Source: Haloferula rosea | GTDB taxonomy: Bacteria; Verrucomicrobiota; Verrucomicrobiia; Verrucomicrobiales; Akkermansiaceae | Assembly (NCBI RefSeq): GCF_016595525.1 | Contig: NZ_JAENII010000011.1 | Location: 101,450-165,449 of the forward strand | Length of the DNA: 64,000 bases | Direction: 5' to 3' | Part shown: in pieces, positions 19,704 to 28,114 of the stretch | Numbering within the stretch: position 1 is the first letter of the stretch | Layout: every line of letters begins with the position of its first letter | Notes under the pieces: model-generated | What the model saw: only the letters and a program-made list of their open reading frames with translations | Told to the model about the DNA's origin: nothing | Database searches by the model: none | Position numbers and translations under genes: made by a program

Positions 19704-20485
19704 CTCAGATCAATGGGTAGGTTGATGAACTTCGCATCGGCATCACCGTTGAGCACGGTCACCATCTCGAGAACACGTGGCGCCAACTCGTTCCGTTCCT
19801 CGAACTTCCAACCCTCGACGGTGGGTGCTCCGACCATGGCATAAGTCCCGGAGTCATCGACCGCGTAGGCCGATCCCAGGCCGAAGTAGACCACGTTCAT
19901 GTTGAGCTTCTTCCCGTCCTTGGTCTCATGAAGCTCAGGCTTCAAGTGAACCGTCTGTTGCCACTTCTCGGCCTCACTCAAAACGTTCAGCACGTTGTTC
20001 AGTCTCTTCGTAAGACCACTCTTCGCAGCATCTCCCTTCAAAGTGACGTCCTTCCTGACCTGAGCCATCAACTCCTTGACCCGGGGGTCCTCCACCAAGG
20101 GCTGAGGAAGAAACGGAAGCCGGGCGACAAGCTGCTCCTCAAGAGCCCGCACCTCTGTTTGCATCAACTCCTTGGCCTCGACCAAGGCATCACGTTTGGC
20201 CTCCTGATCCAGTGAATCCTTGTCGGCACCTTCCTTCTCGACCTTGGCTTCCGCCACCTGCCGGGTGAGCTGTTCGATCTCGGTCCGCAAGGCCGTCCGC
20301 TGGTCATCCAACAATTCCCGGTCCTGCTCCCATGAATCCTCCTCTTGCTGGATTTCCCGCATCGTTTCGATCCATTCCCGGACCGAATCCTTCAACTTCT
20401 CCGTGCGGGATTCCCCATCCTCCTGAGCAGAGGAAATCGCGGAGAATCCCGGGAGAAGGGCTATGATCAATGGAAGCGCACGCAT
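19700..20485 (-). CDS. DUF3450-family periplasmic protein (TtpB-like; found upstream of MotA/TolQ/ExbB in TonB2-type systems)
   Basis: The track ORF was trimmed to MRALPLIIALLPGFSAISSAQ (signal peptide; ATG at 20485, confirmed in the printed sequence). It has a coiled-coil core and a conserved C-terminal ...KLNMNVVYFGLGSAYAVDDSGTYAMVG...INLPIDL. Its stop overlaps the TtpC-like start by 4 nt. Confidence 0.6.
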   Translation of the reverse strand: MRALPLIIALLPGFSAISSAQEDGESRTEKLKDSVREWIETMREIQQEEDSWEQDRELLDDQRTALRTEIEQLTRQVAEAKVEKEGADKDSLDQEAKRDALVEAKELMQTEVRALEEQLVARLPFLPQPLVEDPRVKELMAQVRKDVTLKGDAAKSGLTKRLNNVLNVLSEAEKWQQTVHLKPELHETKDGKKLNMNVVYFGLGSAYAVDDSGTYAMVGAPTVEGWKFEERNELAPRVLEMVTVLNGDADAKFINLPIDLR

Positions 20486-20603
20486 GGTTTCGGAAGCGCG
20501 CGAATCAAATGGGTTTCTCCATGCTTTGCCGACTTCCACGATGTGACGGTTTCGTCAGTCAGCCCCCTGAACGAACGCGCCCAATCCGTAACAATCCACG
20601 TAT

Positions 20604-20640
20604 CAACAAAAACCGCCCGATCCTTGCGGACCGGGCGGTT
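20604..20640 (-). terminator. Rho-independent terminator downstream of the beta-helix repeat protein gene
   Basis: The plus strand reads aaaaaaccgcccgatccttgcggaccgggcggtt. On the minus strand this is a 9-bp GC-rich stem (AACCGCCCG/CGGGCGGTT) with a 12-nt loop, followed by a U-run. Confidence 0.5.
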
Positions 20641-20664
20641 CGAATTCAGCAACCGATCCGTGGA

Positions 20665-23652
20665 TCAGTTCCCGTCAGTGAAGCGATAGAACTTCGTTCC
20701 ACTGGGGAGTGGCACATTGACGTCCTGCTCGAATGTCCAGCCACCGAGGGTGGTGGAACCTTCGAGTTGAAGCGTCAGGATCGACCCAGTGCCGTTGATG
20801 GTGTTCGCGAAGTAATCGATGTCCAGCAGCTGCTGGCTGGTCGAAAAGTCGGAGAACAGGCCCGAGTCGTCGCTTCCCACGGTGAAGCCTAGGTCGGCCA
20901 ACTCCTGGGTTCCCTCGAGGGTGTCGGAGATGCCGTCGTTGTCGCTGTCGGCGAACGGAGGCGTGCCACCACCGGTGTCCTCGCTTGGCTTCGAAGCAGC
21001 GATCTGCTCCTTTGAAACGGCACTGAGATAGCCCGCCTTGTAGAGGTAGGACCAACCCCAGAGCCAGTTCGTGTCACCAAAGGCACCCCGGTAATCCACG
21101 GTTTCGTAGAAGTTCAGTGGAGCAACCGCCGGGAACGATGCAAGCGACGCACCGCGCAGCGGGCTGTCGATGGCCGGACGGGGGTCCAGACCACCATCTG
21201 CGATGCGGCTGATACCAGTGAACTTCGGATCGACGCCGATGACGCCATTGTTCGAGCCGGCTGGGTCAGCTGCGGTTCCACCACCGATGCTGGACTGCAG
21301 ACCGGCCGAAGTGAAGTTCCCCCAAGTGTTGTACTGGAAGGTCGGCTTCGGGCTGCCAACTCCATCGTCCTGGTCACCGAGCGCCACGGCGGCTTCGGAA
21401 ATCACGGAGTTGGAGAGCGTTCCCGCGTAGTTGTCCTTCATCTCGATCCCGTTGTTCACGCCCACACCGCCACCGATCAGGGTCGCGTTGTAGATGTTGT
21501 GGAGACTGAAGGGTGTGGCATTGTCAGGCGTACCGTTGCCACCGTCCCACTCACCCAACTTGTCACCGACCGAACCGTCGGCATTTTGAATGGCGAACCA
21601 GAACTGGTGATGACCCACGTGACCTTCATCAAGGTCGAAGGATTCGTCCCAGCAGAAGGCAACCGCGATGCGCTTGGTGTTCACCGTGCCACCGAAGATC
21701 TCGAGGCCGTCGTCGCTGTTGGCGAAGATCTCGACGTTCTCGATGGTGGTTTCGGAACCGACACCACCGAGGGTCAGGCCGTTGATCTCCTTACCAGGCG
21801 AGAACTCGAAGCCGCCCCAGCGGATGGAAACGTAGGTCAGGACACCGCTGTTGTCGGTCGCATCGTTGCCACCGTAGAGCGTGCTCTGGCCGAGCCCGGT
21901 CGGGAAGCCTTCGATCTCGTTCTCGGTCTGCTGGACGTTGCCATCGTAGAAGTTAATCGGTGCGTCACCGAGCAGGATAACACCACCCCAGTAGCTGGCG
22001 TCGAACTCGGGATCGAGCGGAAGCTGGCCGGGATCACCACCCGGTCCATCGCGCTCCTCGAGGGCGGTGAAGACGATGGGTTGCTCGCAGGTACCCTCGG
22101 CCATGATCTGCGCACCACGTGTGATGATGAGCGAGCCGAAGGTGCCACCAACGGTGTCCTCGGTGCCGTAGATCGTGGTGCCGGGCTCAATGGTGAGAAC
22201 GGCGTTGTTGGTCACGAAGATCGGCTTCCTGAGGATGTAGCACTTGTCATTGGTCCAGGTGGTCGACGTGGTGATGTCGGCAGTGACTTCGACGTCGTTG
22301 CAGACTTCACCCAAGTAACCGGCCTGCGACAGATAGGACCAGCCGTCGAGCCAGGTCGTGTCGGTTCCGAAGGCACCACGGTAGTCGACCGTTTCGAAGA
22401 ATCCGGCCGGAGCACCGCCCGGGAATCCCGCGAGAGGCGCGCCAAGCAGCGGGCTGTCCGCCTGCGGACGGGGGTCAAGGCCACCGTCGGCGACCCGGCT
22501 GATGCCGCGCAGCTTGATGTCCACGCCGATCGCACCGTTGTCCGAGCCGGCGGGATCGCCGGCACCGGCTCCACCGATGCTGGCCTGGAGGCCGGCCGAG
22601 CTGAAGTTGCCCCAGGTGTTGAACTGGAAGGTCGGCTTCGGGCTGCCGACACCGTCGTCTTGGTCGCCGAGAGCGATGGCGGCTTCGGAAATCACGGAGT
22701 CGGAAAGCGTTCCCGCGTAGTTGTCCTTCATCTCGATGCCGTTGTTCACGCCGACGCCGCCACCGATCAGGGTCGCGTTGTGAATGTGATGGAGGCTGAA
22801 GGGAGTCGAGTTGTCCGGCGTGCCGTTGCCGCCGTCCCATTCGCCCAGCTTGTCGCCGACCGAACCGTCGGCATTCTGGATGGCGAACCAGAACTGGTGG
22901 TAGCCGACGTGACCTTCGTCGAGGTCGAACGATTCGTCCCAGCAGAAGGCAACCGCGATGCGCTTGGTGTTCACCGTGCCACCGAAGATCTCGAGGCCGT
23001 CGTCACTGTTGGCGAAGATCTCGACGTTCTCGATGGTGGTTTCGGAACCGACTCCACCGAGGGTCAGGCCGTTGATCTCCTTGCCGGGCGAGAACTCGAA
23101 GCCGCCCCAGCGGATCGAAACGTAGGTCAGGGCGCCGCTGTTGTCGGTCGCGTCGCTACCACCGTAGAGCGTGCTCTGGCCGAGTCCGGTCGGGAAACCC
23201 TCAATCTCGTTCTCGGTCTGCTGGACGTTGCCGTCGTAGAAGTTGATCGGCGCGTCTCCGAGCAGGATGACACCACCCCAGTAGCTGGCGTCGAACTCGG
23301 GATCGAGCGGAAGCTGGCCGGGATCACCACCCGGTCCGTCGCGCTCCTCGAGAGCGGTGAAGACGATGGGCTCGTCGCAGGTGCCGTTGGCCCACAGCTT
23401 GGCGCCACGGGTGACGACGAGCGAGCCGAAGGTACCACCGACGGTATCCTCGGTGCCGTAGATGGTGGTGCCGGGCTCGATGGTGAGTTCCGCATCATTC
23501 GTCACGAAGATCGGCTTCTTGAGGATATACTCGTTGTCCTTCGTCCACGTCGTATTCTCAGTGACGTCTGTTGTGATCTCGACATCAGCTGCAAAGCTGA
23601 TCGTCGGGATGGCCAAAGCACCCGCGAGGAGTAGTTTTCTGGTTCGTTTCAT
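20665..23652 (-). CDS. Secreted surface protein with two tandem ~430-aa repeat modules (putative parallel beta-helix / pectin-lyase-fold-like)
   Basis: The track ORF 20665..23694 was trimmed to MKRTRKLLLAGALAIPTISFA (signal peptide, ATG at 23652). Each module starts TTWTKDNEYILKKPIFVTNDAELTIEPGTTIYGTEDTVGG... and contains ...TIENVEIFANSDDGLEIFGGTVNTKRIAVAFCWDESFDLDEGHVG... The copies are about 90% identical. The family assignment is tentative. Confidence 0.5.
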   Translation of the reverse strand: MKRTRKLLLAGALAIPTISFAADVEITTDVTENTTWTKDNEYILKKPIFVTNDAELTIEPGTTIYGTEDTVGGTFGSLVVTRGAKLWANGTCDEPIVFTALEERDGPGGDPGQLPLDPEFDASYWGGVILLGDAPINFYDGNVQQTENEIEGFPTGLGQSTLYGGSDATDNSGALTYVSIRWGGFEFSPGKEINGLTLGGVGSETTIENVEIFANSDDGLEIFGGTVNTKRIAVAFCWDESFDLDEGHVGYHQFWFAIQNADGSVGDKLGEWDGGNGTPDNSTPFSLHHIHNATLIGGGVGVNNGIEMKDNYAGTLSDSVISEAAIALGDQDDGVGSPKPTFQFNTWGNFSSAGLQASIGGAGAGDPAGSDNGAIGVDIKLRGISRVADGGLDPRPQADSPLLGAPLAGFPGGAPAGFFETVDYRGAFGTDTTWLDGWSYLSQAGYLGEVCNDVEVTADITTSTTWTNDKCYILRKPIFVTNNAVLTIEPGTTIYGTEDTVGGTFGSLIITRGAQIMAEGTCEQPIVFTALEERDGPGGDPGQLPLDPEFDASYWGGVILLGDAPINFYDGNVQQTENEIEGFPTGLGQSTLYGGNDATDNSGVLTYVSIRWGGFEFSPGKEINGLTLGGVGSETTIENVEIFANSDDGLEIFGGTVNTKRIAVAFCWDESFDLDEGHVGHHQFWFAIQNADGSVGDKLGEWDGGNGTPDNATPFSLHNIYNATLIGGGVGVNNGIEMKDNYAGTLSNSVISEAAVALGDQDDGVGSPKPTFQYNTWGNFTSAGLQSSIGGGTAADPAGSNNGVIGVDPKFTGISRIADGGLDPRPAIDSPLRGASLASFPAVAPLNFYETVDYRGAFGDTNWLWGWSYLYKAGYLSAVSKEQIAASKPSEDTGGGTPPFADSDNDGISDTLEGTQELADLGFTVGSDDSGLFSDFSTSQQLLDIDYFANTINGTGSILTLQLEGSTTLGGWTFEQDVNVPLPSGTKFYRFTDGN
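20961..23540. repeat. Intragenic tandem direct duplication, two units of ~1290 bp at ~90% nucleotide identity
   Basis: Matching landmarks are ggtcgcgttgtagatgttgtggagactgaag at 21481 and ggtcgcgttgtgaatgtgatggaggctgaag at 22771. Exact stretches of over 70 nt are shared (tcgtcccagcagaaggcaaccgcgatgcgcttggtgttcaccgtgccaccgaagatctcgaggccgtcgtc in both copies). Confidence 0.8.
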
Positions 23653-23696
23653 GTATCTTGGTAGTGGTTGATCCGATGTGGACCGCAACTCCAAGC

Positions 23697-26600
23697 TCAG
23701 TATTCGAACTTGAACGAGAGACTGAAATTGCGGCCAGGACTGTAGGACTCGTAAACGAGGTCCGTCCCGTCGAAGACCTGCTTATCGACCGAATCGAGAA
23801 GGTTCCCGCACTTTAGTTTGACGATTCCGACACCGTCCCACAGATCGAATCTTTTCTGCACCACCAGATCCAGGAGATCGAATGACTCCCTGCGAATCGC
23901 AGGATCGACATCACTCAAGGGAACGCCAGTGAGATACGAACCCGTGAAGTTATAGATCAGATTCGCCGACCACCCACTATCTGCATCATCCCATCCGAGG
24001 TTCATGTTGAAGATATGATTCGGCTGACCCTCGAATGTCGTGCTGATCTCATCAAACATCACACCACGACGCTGAAGATACACCAGCGATGAATCAATGT
24101 AGGTGAAGTTCGAACTGATGGACCAATCCTCCAGAAACCGGTGACTCACCTCGAACTCCACACCCTGCAAGGTCCCCTCTTCCCCGTTCACCCACGTCTT
24201 CCTGCCCAACTCATACGCCTGAGCGATCGGATCCGTCATGCTCTTGTGGAACAGACTGACCGCCACTGAGGTATCGTTGGTCGGACGCCAGCCAACCCGC
24301 AGATCATAGTTACTGATCCTTGTATCCGTCAGATCGGGATTTCCCTGTACCTCGTCACCACTGGCCTGATCCTCCGTGATCACCGGAGCGAACTCGTAGA
24401 AGGTCGGCCGGGCCACGGTCTTGGACCATCCCAAGGTGACATCAAATTGCTGGTCGCGCCCGAACTCCCGCCCGATCACAATCCCCGGAAGCCAGTAGGC
24501 GGAACTCTCGGAAACCGGACCCGGAGTCACGGCAAAGCTCGGATTCAGCCCGGCAAGCACATCATACGTCCGCTCCTCCTCTTCGTAGCGGACACCACCC
24601 ACGATACTCCAACCGGCCAGACTCAGATCCCCCATCAGGTAGCCTGCGGCAAGGTCCGTCGAGGCATCCACATTCCGCACGGTTCGACCCGAGGTCGACT
24701 GCTCGAGAAGAATCAACTTATCGCTCCGATTGGGATTCCCCGACCAGCCATCGAATTTCGGAGTGCCATCCGGTTCATACAACGAGTCGTAGTTGTTCAG
24801 GTAGTCGACGCCATACTGACCGCCATCCCGGTCGAGCAGGTTCCCATTCAAGCCATTGCCCACCCGATTGATGAAGAACCGTCCCCTGACTTCACGATCC
24901 CGATCAAAATGATTCAGGCCGGTTGACAACTTGAACCAATCATTCTCGTTCCGGTCCCAGACAGGGAAGACGAGGTCGACCCTTTCATTGCCTGCTTCTT
25001 CGACGGTCTTCAGACTCTCACGGAAGCTCTCATTCTCCGGCGGGCTCAGGTCATACACATCCGCAGCGGTGAAGACGGTCCCGAGGCTGGGATCATAGAC
25101 ATCCCCTTGTTCCGTCACGATCCGGGGGTCGGCAAAGTCGAGCTGCGAGTAGAACAGGGTCCGTGTGTTCGCCCGGTCCTCAATGGCTTCACTCCTTGAG
25201 AACACCCAGTCGAACTCGATCGGGTTATCCTCATCACCAAACTCGTGACCACCCACGACCTGATTCAGGGTGAGCGTCCGCTGAAGCGGCGTGATGGTAT
25301 CGAATGCCTGATAGGTATAGGCACCCGCACCGAACGGGTTTTGACTGGCCGGAAGATACGTCCCCGTTGTCGACCTTTCATCCAACAGATCGCGACCCCG
25401 CTGGACCTGGTCCTCACCACGATGATTCTGAAAGTACGTATACGAGATCTGATGCCGGTCACCCGCCCGGACCCCGATGCTACCGAGCAGGCCATAGCCG
25501 GCGAAGGCGGTGTATCGATCCTCGATCTGCGTCCGTTCCAATCGATCATCCGCGGTTCCAACCATGCCGTCTGCACCACCGTTGAAAACACGGCCAACTT
25601 CGACGCCTTGTCGGATCTGATCCCCCGCACCCCACACACCGGAACCGACAAACCCCACCTCGAGCCCATTGTCGAACTTGTGCGTGTTGCCGAAGGATGC
25701 CGAGAAACCCCGACCCAGTTCCGGGTCCCTTGCCGCGGGTCTCATGCCACCGCTCAGGTGCAGCGAATTCCACGCCCGGATGCCTTCTTCCGCAGCAGCG
25801 GCCTGGGTCGGGTTGTTGAGATTGGGTGGTCTCCGTCCGTCCCAACCTTCGGACAATCCACCACTGGCCAGATCACCCACCAAGGGACCCAAGCCATCAT
25901 TGGGTTTTCCCAGCAGCCCCAGATCACGTCCGGGCACGGTGTAGAAGGTATCCGCGTCGAGATTCTCGTTGAACCCCGTTTCCATCTCGAACTCCGCGAA
26001 CGCTTCTTCCGGAAACGAAAGGGTGTTGATGGCCACCAAACCACCCGCAAACTCACCGGGATAGTTCGGCGTGAAGGTCTTGAAGATGTTGATGGACTCC
26101 AACAGGTCGCTCGGGAACAGGTCGAGCTGGACTGACTTGCGCGAAGGGTCCGCGCTCGAAATGAGTGCCCCATTGACCGTCGTATTGGAGTAGCGGTCGC
26201 CCAGACCCCGAACCACCGCATACCTGCCGCCAACGATATTCGCCCCTGCGATCTTCGAAACCGCACCCGCGGCATCACTGATGCCGGACCGGGTGAACTC
26301 GGACTTGTCCAAACCCGATCCGATGTTCGCTCCCAGCTCGATCCCCAGGTCGAAGTCCGCCTGGTTCGACTCGTTGTATTCGCCGACAATGACCTCCTCC
26401 GCCAACAGGAACTCACCCTCGTCTGCCCCCGTCGGCTTCACCCTCAGCGCGAGTCGAACCTCTGCGGGAGAACCCGGACGCGGGCTGGCCGTCGTTTCAC
26501 CCATGGAGTATCCCAGCTTCAGAACTTCGATGGAGTAGTCACCACTCGGCAGCCCACCGATCTCAAAACGCCCCTGAGCATCAGTCTCGTCCTCACGACC

Positions 26601-27344
26601 CGTGCCCACCACCGAGACGATCGCGCCGGCAATCGGCTCAAGCGTCGTGGCGTCCGACACCTCGCCCGCGACCGCACATTGCCCGACTTCCTGCTCCACC
26701 ATGGTCGGGTTTCTTGGCCGCTCTCGCAGGATATCGTCCGGGATCTCCGGGTCCTCGCCCCCCTCGGGAGCGTCGGCAGGCACCCATCCTTCGCCATTTT
26801 CCTCGGGCGGATCCATCCCCACCTCGGCGTCCGGCAGCGGCAATTCCTCATCAAGATGCCCGGTGGCCACGGATTCCTCCACCTGGTCGGGATCAGATTC
26901 CTCCGCATAGACCTCCACCCAGTTCTGGGGATGAAGCGGCTGGCCCCACAACGAGCCACTCGTTTCCAACAGCAGCAGGTAGCTCACCCCGTCCGCCGCG
27001 AACGGAACGAACAAGAACGGCGGATCAATTTCGCACCCCACGTGACCCTCACGAAACGTCTCATCCACATCGCTTGACCTGCTCCCCTCTTCAACCCTTT
27101 CCGGAGTCTTGTCGGGAAGGAGGTCGGCTGAAACGGCGGATGCGGAACCCGCCGGCAGAAGGATCGCGGTTTCCAAGGCCAGCGACGGCCCGAGGCACAT
27201 CCATGGCGCGGTCACGACCAGCACAAGGGCAGCCAACAGGCGATGCCGCAGGTTCCCGGCGCTGGGACTGAGCCCCTCCACCACGAACCATGAGGTGAGC
27301 CGACGAAACAACGATGGAAGGGACGATAATGAACTCATCAGCAA
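23697..27344 (-). CDS. TonB-dependent outer-membrane receptor with long N-terminal extension including a carboxypeptidase-regulatory-like (CarbopepD_reg) domain
   Basis: The 1215-aa protein has an acidic ~200-aa N-region, then GEVSDATTLEPIAGAIVSVVGTGREDETDAQGRFEIGGLPSGDYSIEVLKLGYSM (CarbopepD_reg), a plug domain (...RYAVVRGLGDRYSNTTVNGALISSADPS...), and a long beta-barrel ending ...FSLSFKFEY. Confidence 0.8.
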   Translation of the reverse strand: MLMSSLSSLPSLFRRLTSWFVVEGLSPSAGNLRHRLLAALVLVVTAPWMCLGPSLALETAILLPAGSASAVSADLLPDKTPERVEEGSRSSDVDETFREGHVGCEIDPPFLFVPFAADGVSYLLLLETSGSLWGQPLHPQNWVEVYAEESDPDQVEESVATGHLDEELPLPDAEVGMDPPEENGEGWVPADAPEGGEDPEIPDDILRERPRNPTMVEQEVGQCAVAGEVSDATTLEPIAGAIVSVVGTGREDETDAQGRFEIGGLPSGDYSIEVLKLGYSMGETTASPRPGSPAEVRLALRVKPTGADEGEFLLAEEVIVGEYNESNQADFDLGIELGANIGSGLDKSEFTRSGISDAAGAVSKIAGANIVGGRYAVVRGLGDRYSNTTVNGALISSADPSRKSVQLDLFPSDLLESINIFKTFTPNYPGEFAGGLVAINTLSFPEEAFAEFEMETGFNENLDADTFYTVPGRDLGLLGKPNDGLGPLVGDLASGGLSEGWDGRRPPNLNNPTQAAAAEEGIRAWNSLHLSGGMRPAARDPELGRGFSASFGNTHKFDNGLEVGFVGSGVWGAGDQIRQGVEVGRVFNGGADGMVGTADDRLERTQIEDRYTAFAGYGLLGSIGVRAGDRHQISYTYFQNHRGEDQVQRGRDLLDERSTTGTYLPASQNPFGAGAYTYQAFDTITPLQRTLTLNQVVGGHEFGDEDNPIEFDWVFSRSEAIEDRANTRTLFYSQLDFADPRIVTEQGDVYDPSLGTVFTAADVYDLSPPENESFRESLKTVEEAGNERVDLVFPVWDRNENDWFKLSTGLNHFDRDREVRGRFFINRVGNGLNGNLLDRDGGQYGVDYLNNYDSLYEPDGTPKFDGWSGNPNRSDKLILLEQSTSGRTVRNVDASTDLAAGYLMGDLSLAGWSIVGGVRYEEEERTYDVLAGLNPSFAVTPGPVSESSAYWLPGIVIGREFGRDQQFDVTLGWSKTVARPTFYEFAPVITEDQASGDEVQGNPDLTDTRISNYDLRVGWRPTNDTSVAVSLFHKSMTDPIAQAYELGRKTWVNGEEGTLQGVEFEVSHRFLEDWSISSNFTYIDSSLVYLQRRGVMFDEISTTFEGQPNHIFNMNLGWDDADSGWSANLIYNFTGSYLTGVPLSDVDPAIRRESFDLLDLVVQKRFDLWDGVGIVKLKCGNLLDSVDKQVFDGTDLVYESYSPGRNFSLSFKFEY

Positions 27345-27479
27345 GGAAGCTGTGAGCCAATACCCTTCCTGCTCTATCCGACGAAGGGACAGGCAGTGAC
27401 GCTTCCGTCACGGAACCATCACGGAGAAATCATCAGGATCGTAACAGTTCGCGCGAATCCTGTTAGACTCCGGCCGTTC

Positions 27480-27520
27480 GCCAAAAAAAATGGCCGGTTG
27501 CCACAGTGGGCAACCGGCCA
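27480..27520 (-). terminator. Rho-independent terminator of glnB
   Basis: The plus strand reads aaaaaaaatggccggttgccacagtgggcaaccggccat. On the minus strand this is a perfect 11-bp stem GGCCGGTTGCC/GGCAACCGGCC with a 6-nt loop, followed by UUUUUUUU. It lies 33 nt downstream of the glnB stop. Confidence 0.65.
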
Positions 27521-27552
27521 TGAAACAAGAACAACAGAACCAGGAAAACGGG

Positions 27553-27960
<408 letters not shown>

Positions 27961-28114
27961 TTAGAACGCCCCGAATCTATCGCGGCGGCCCGCAGTTTGG
28001 CGAGAGCAAATCAAGGCAGCGCGCGCTTTCATGGCTTCCCAGTCTTGGTAGGGTCCCGCTAGTGCTCGCCCCATTCGTCCCCACACTGGATCTCTCTGCC
28101 GCCCACCCCAATCC

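Noticed and set aside
13745-20539. MotA/ExbB-like plus associated genes, considered as a Zorya-type (ZorAB) anti-phage system
   Set aside because: The presence of ExbD, a bona fide TonB with proline-rich spacer, DUF3450 and a TPR protein in TonB2 order, next to a TonB-dependent receptor, fits a nutrient-uptake energizer. No ZorC/ZorD-like genes are present.
21499-23634. 711-aa plus-strand ORF antisense to the beta-helix repeat gene (and similar long antisense ORFs such as 39437..42013, 57021..58340, 30355..31791, 36159..37355, 1734..2867, 25245..26135)
   Set aside because: These are high-GC shadow ORFs opposite well-supported minus-strand genes. They show Arg/Gly/Pro/His-rich low-complexity translation, have no motifs, and span multiple real gene boundaries.
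27487-27520. GCCACAG/GTGGGCAACC-containing element upstream of the TonB-dependent receptor, considered as a cobalamin riboswitch fragment
   Set aside because: It is a perfect palindrome followed by U8 on the minus strand, directly after the glnB stop. An intrinsic terminator explains it fully. No B12-box or other riboswitch core was found.
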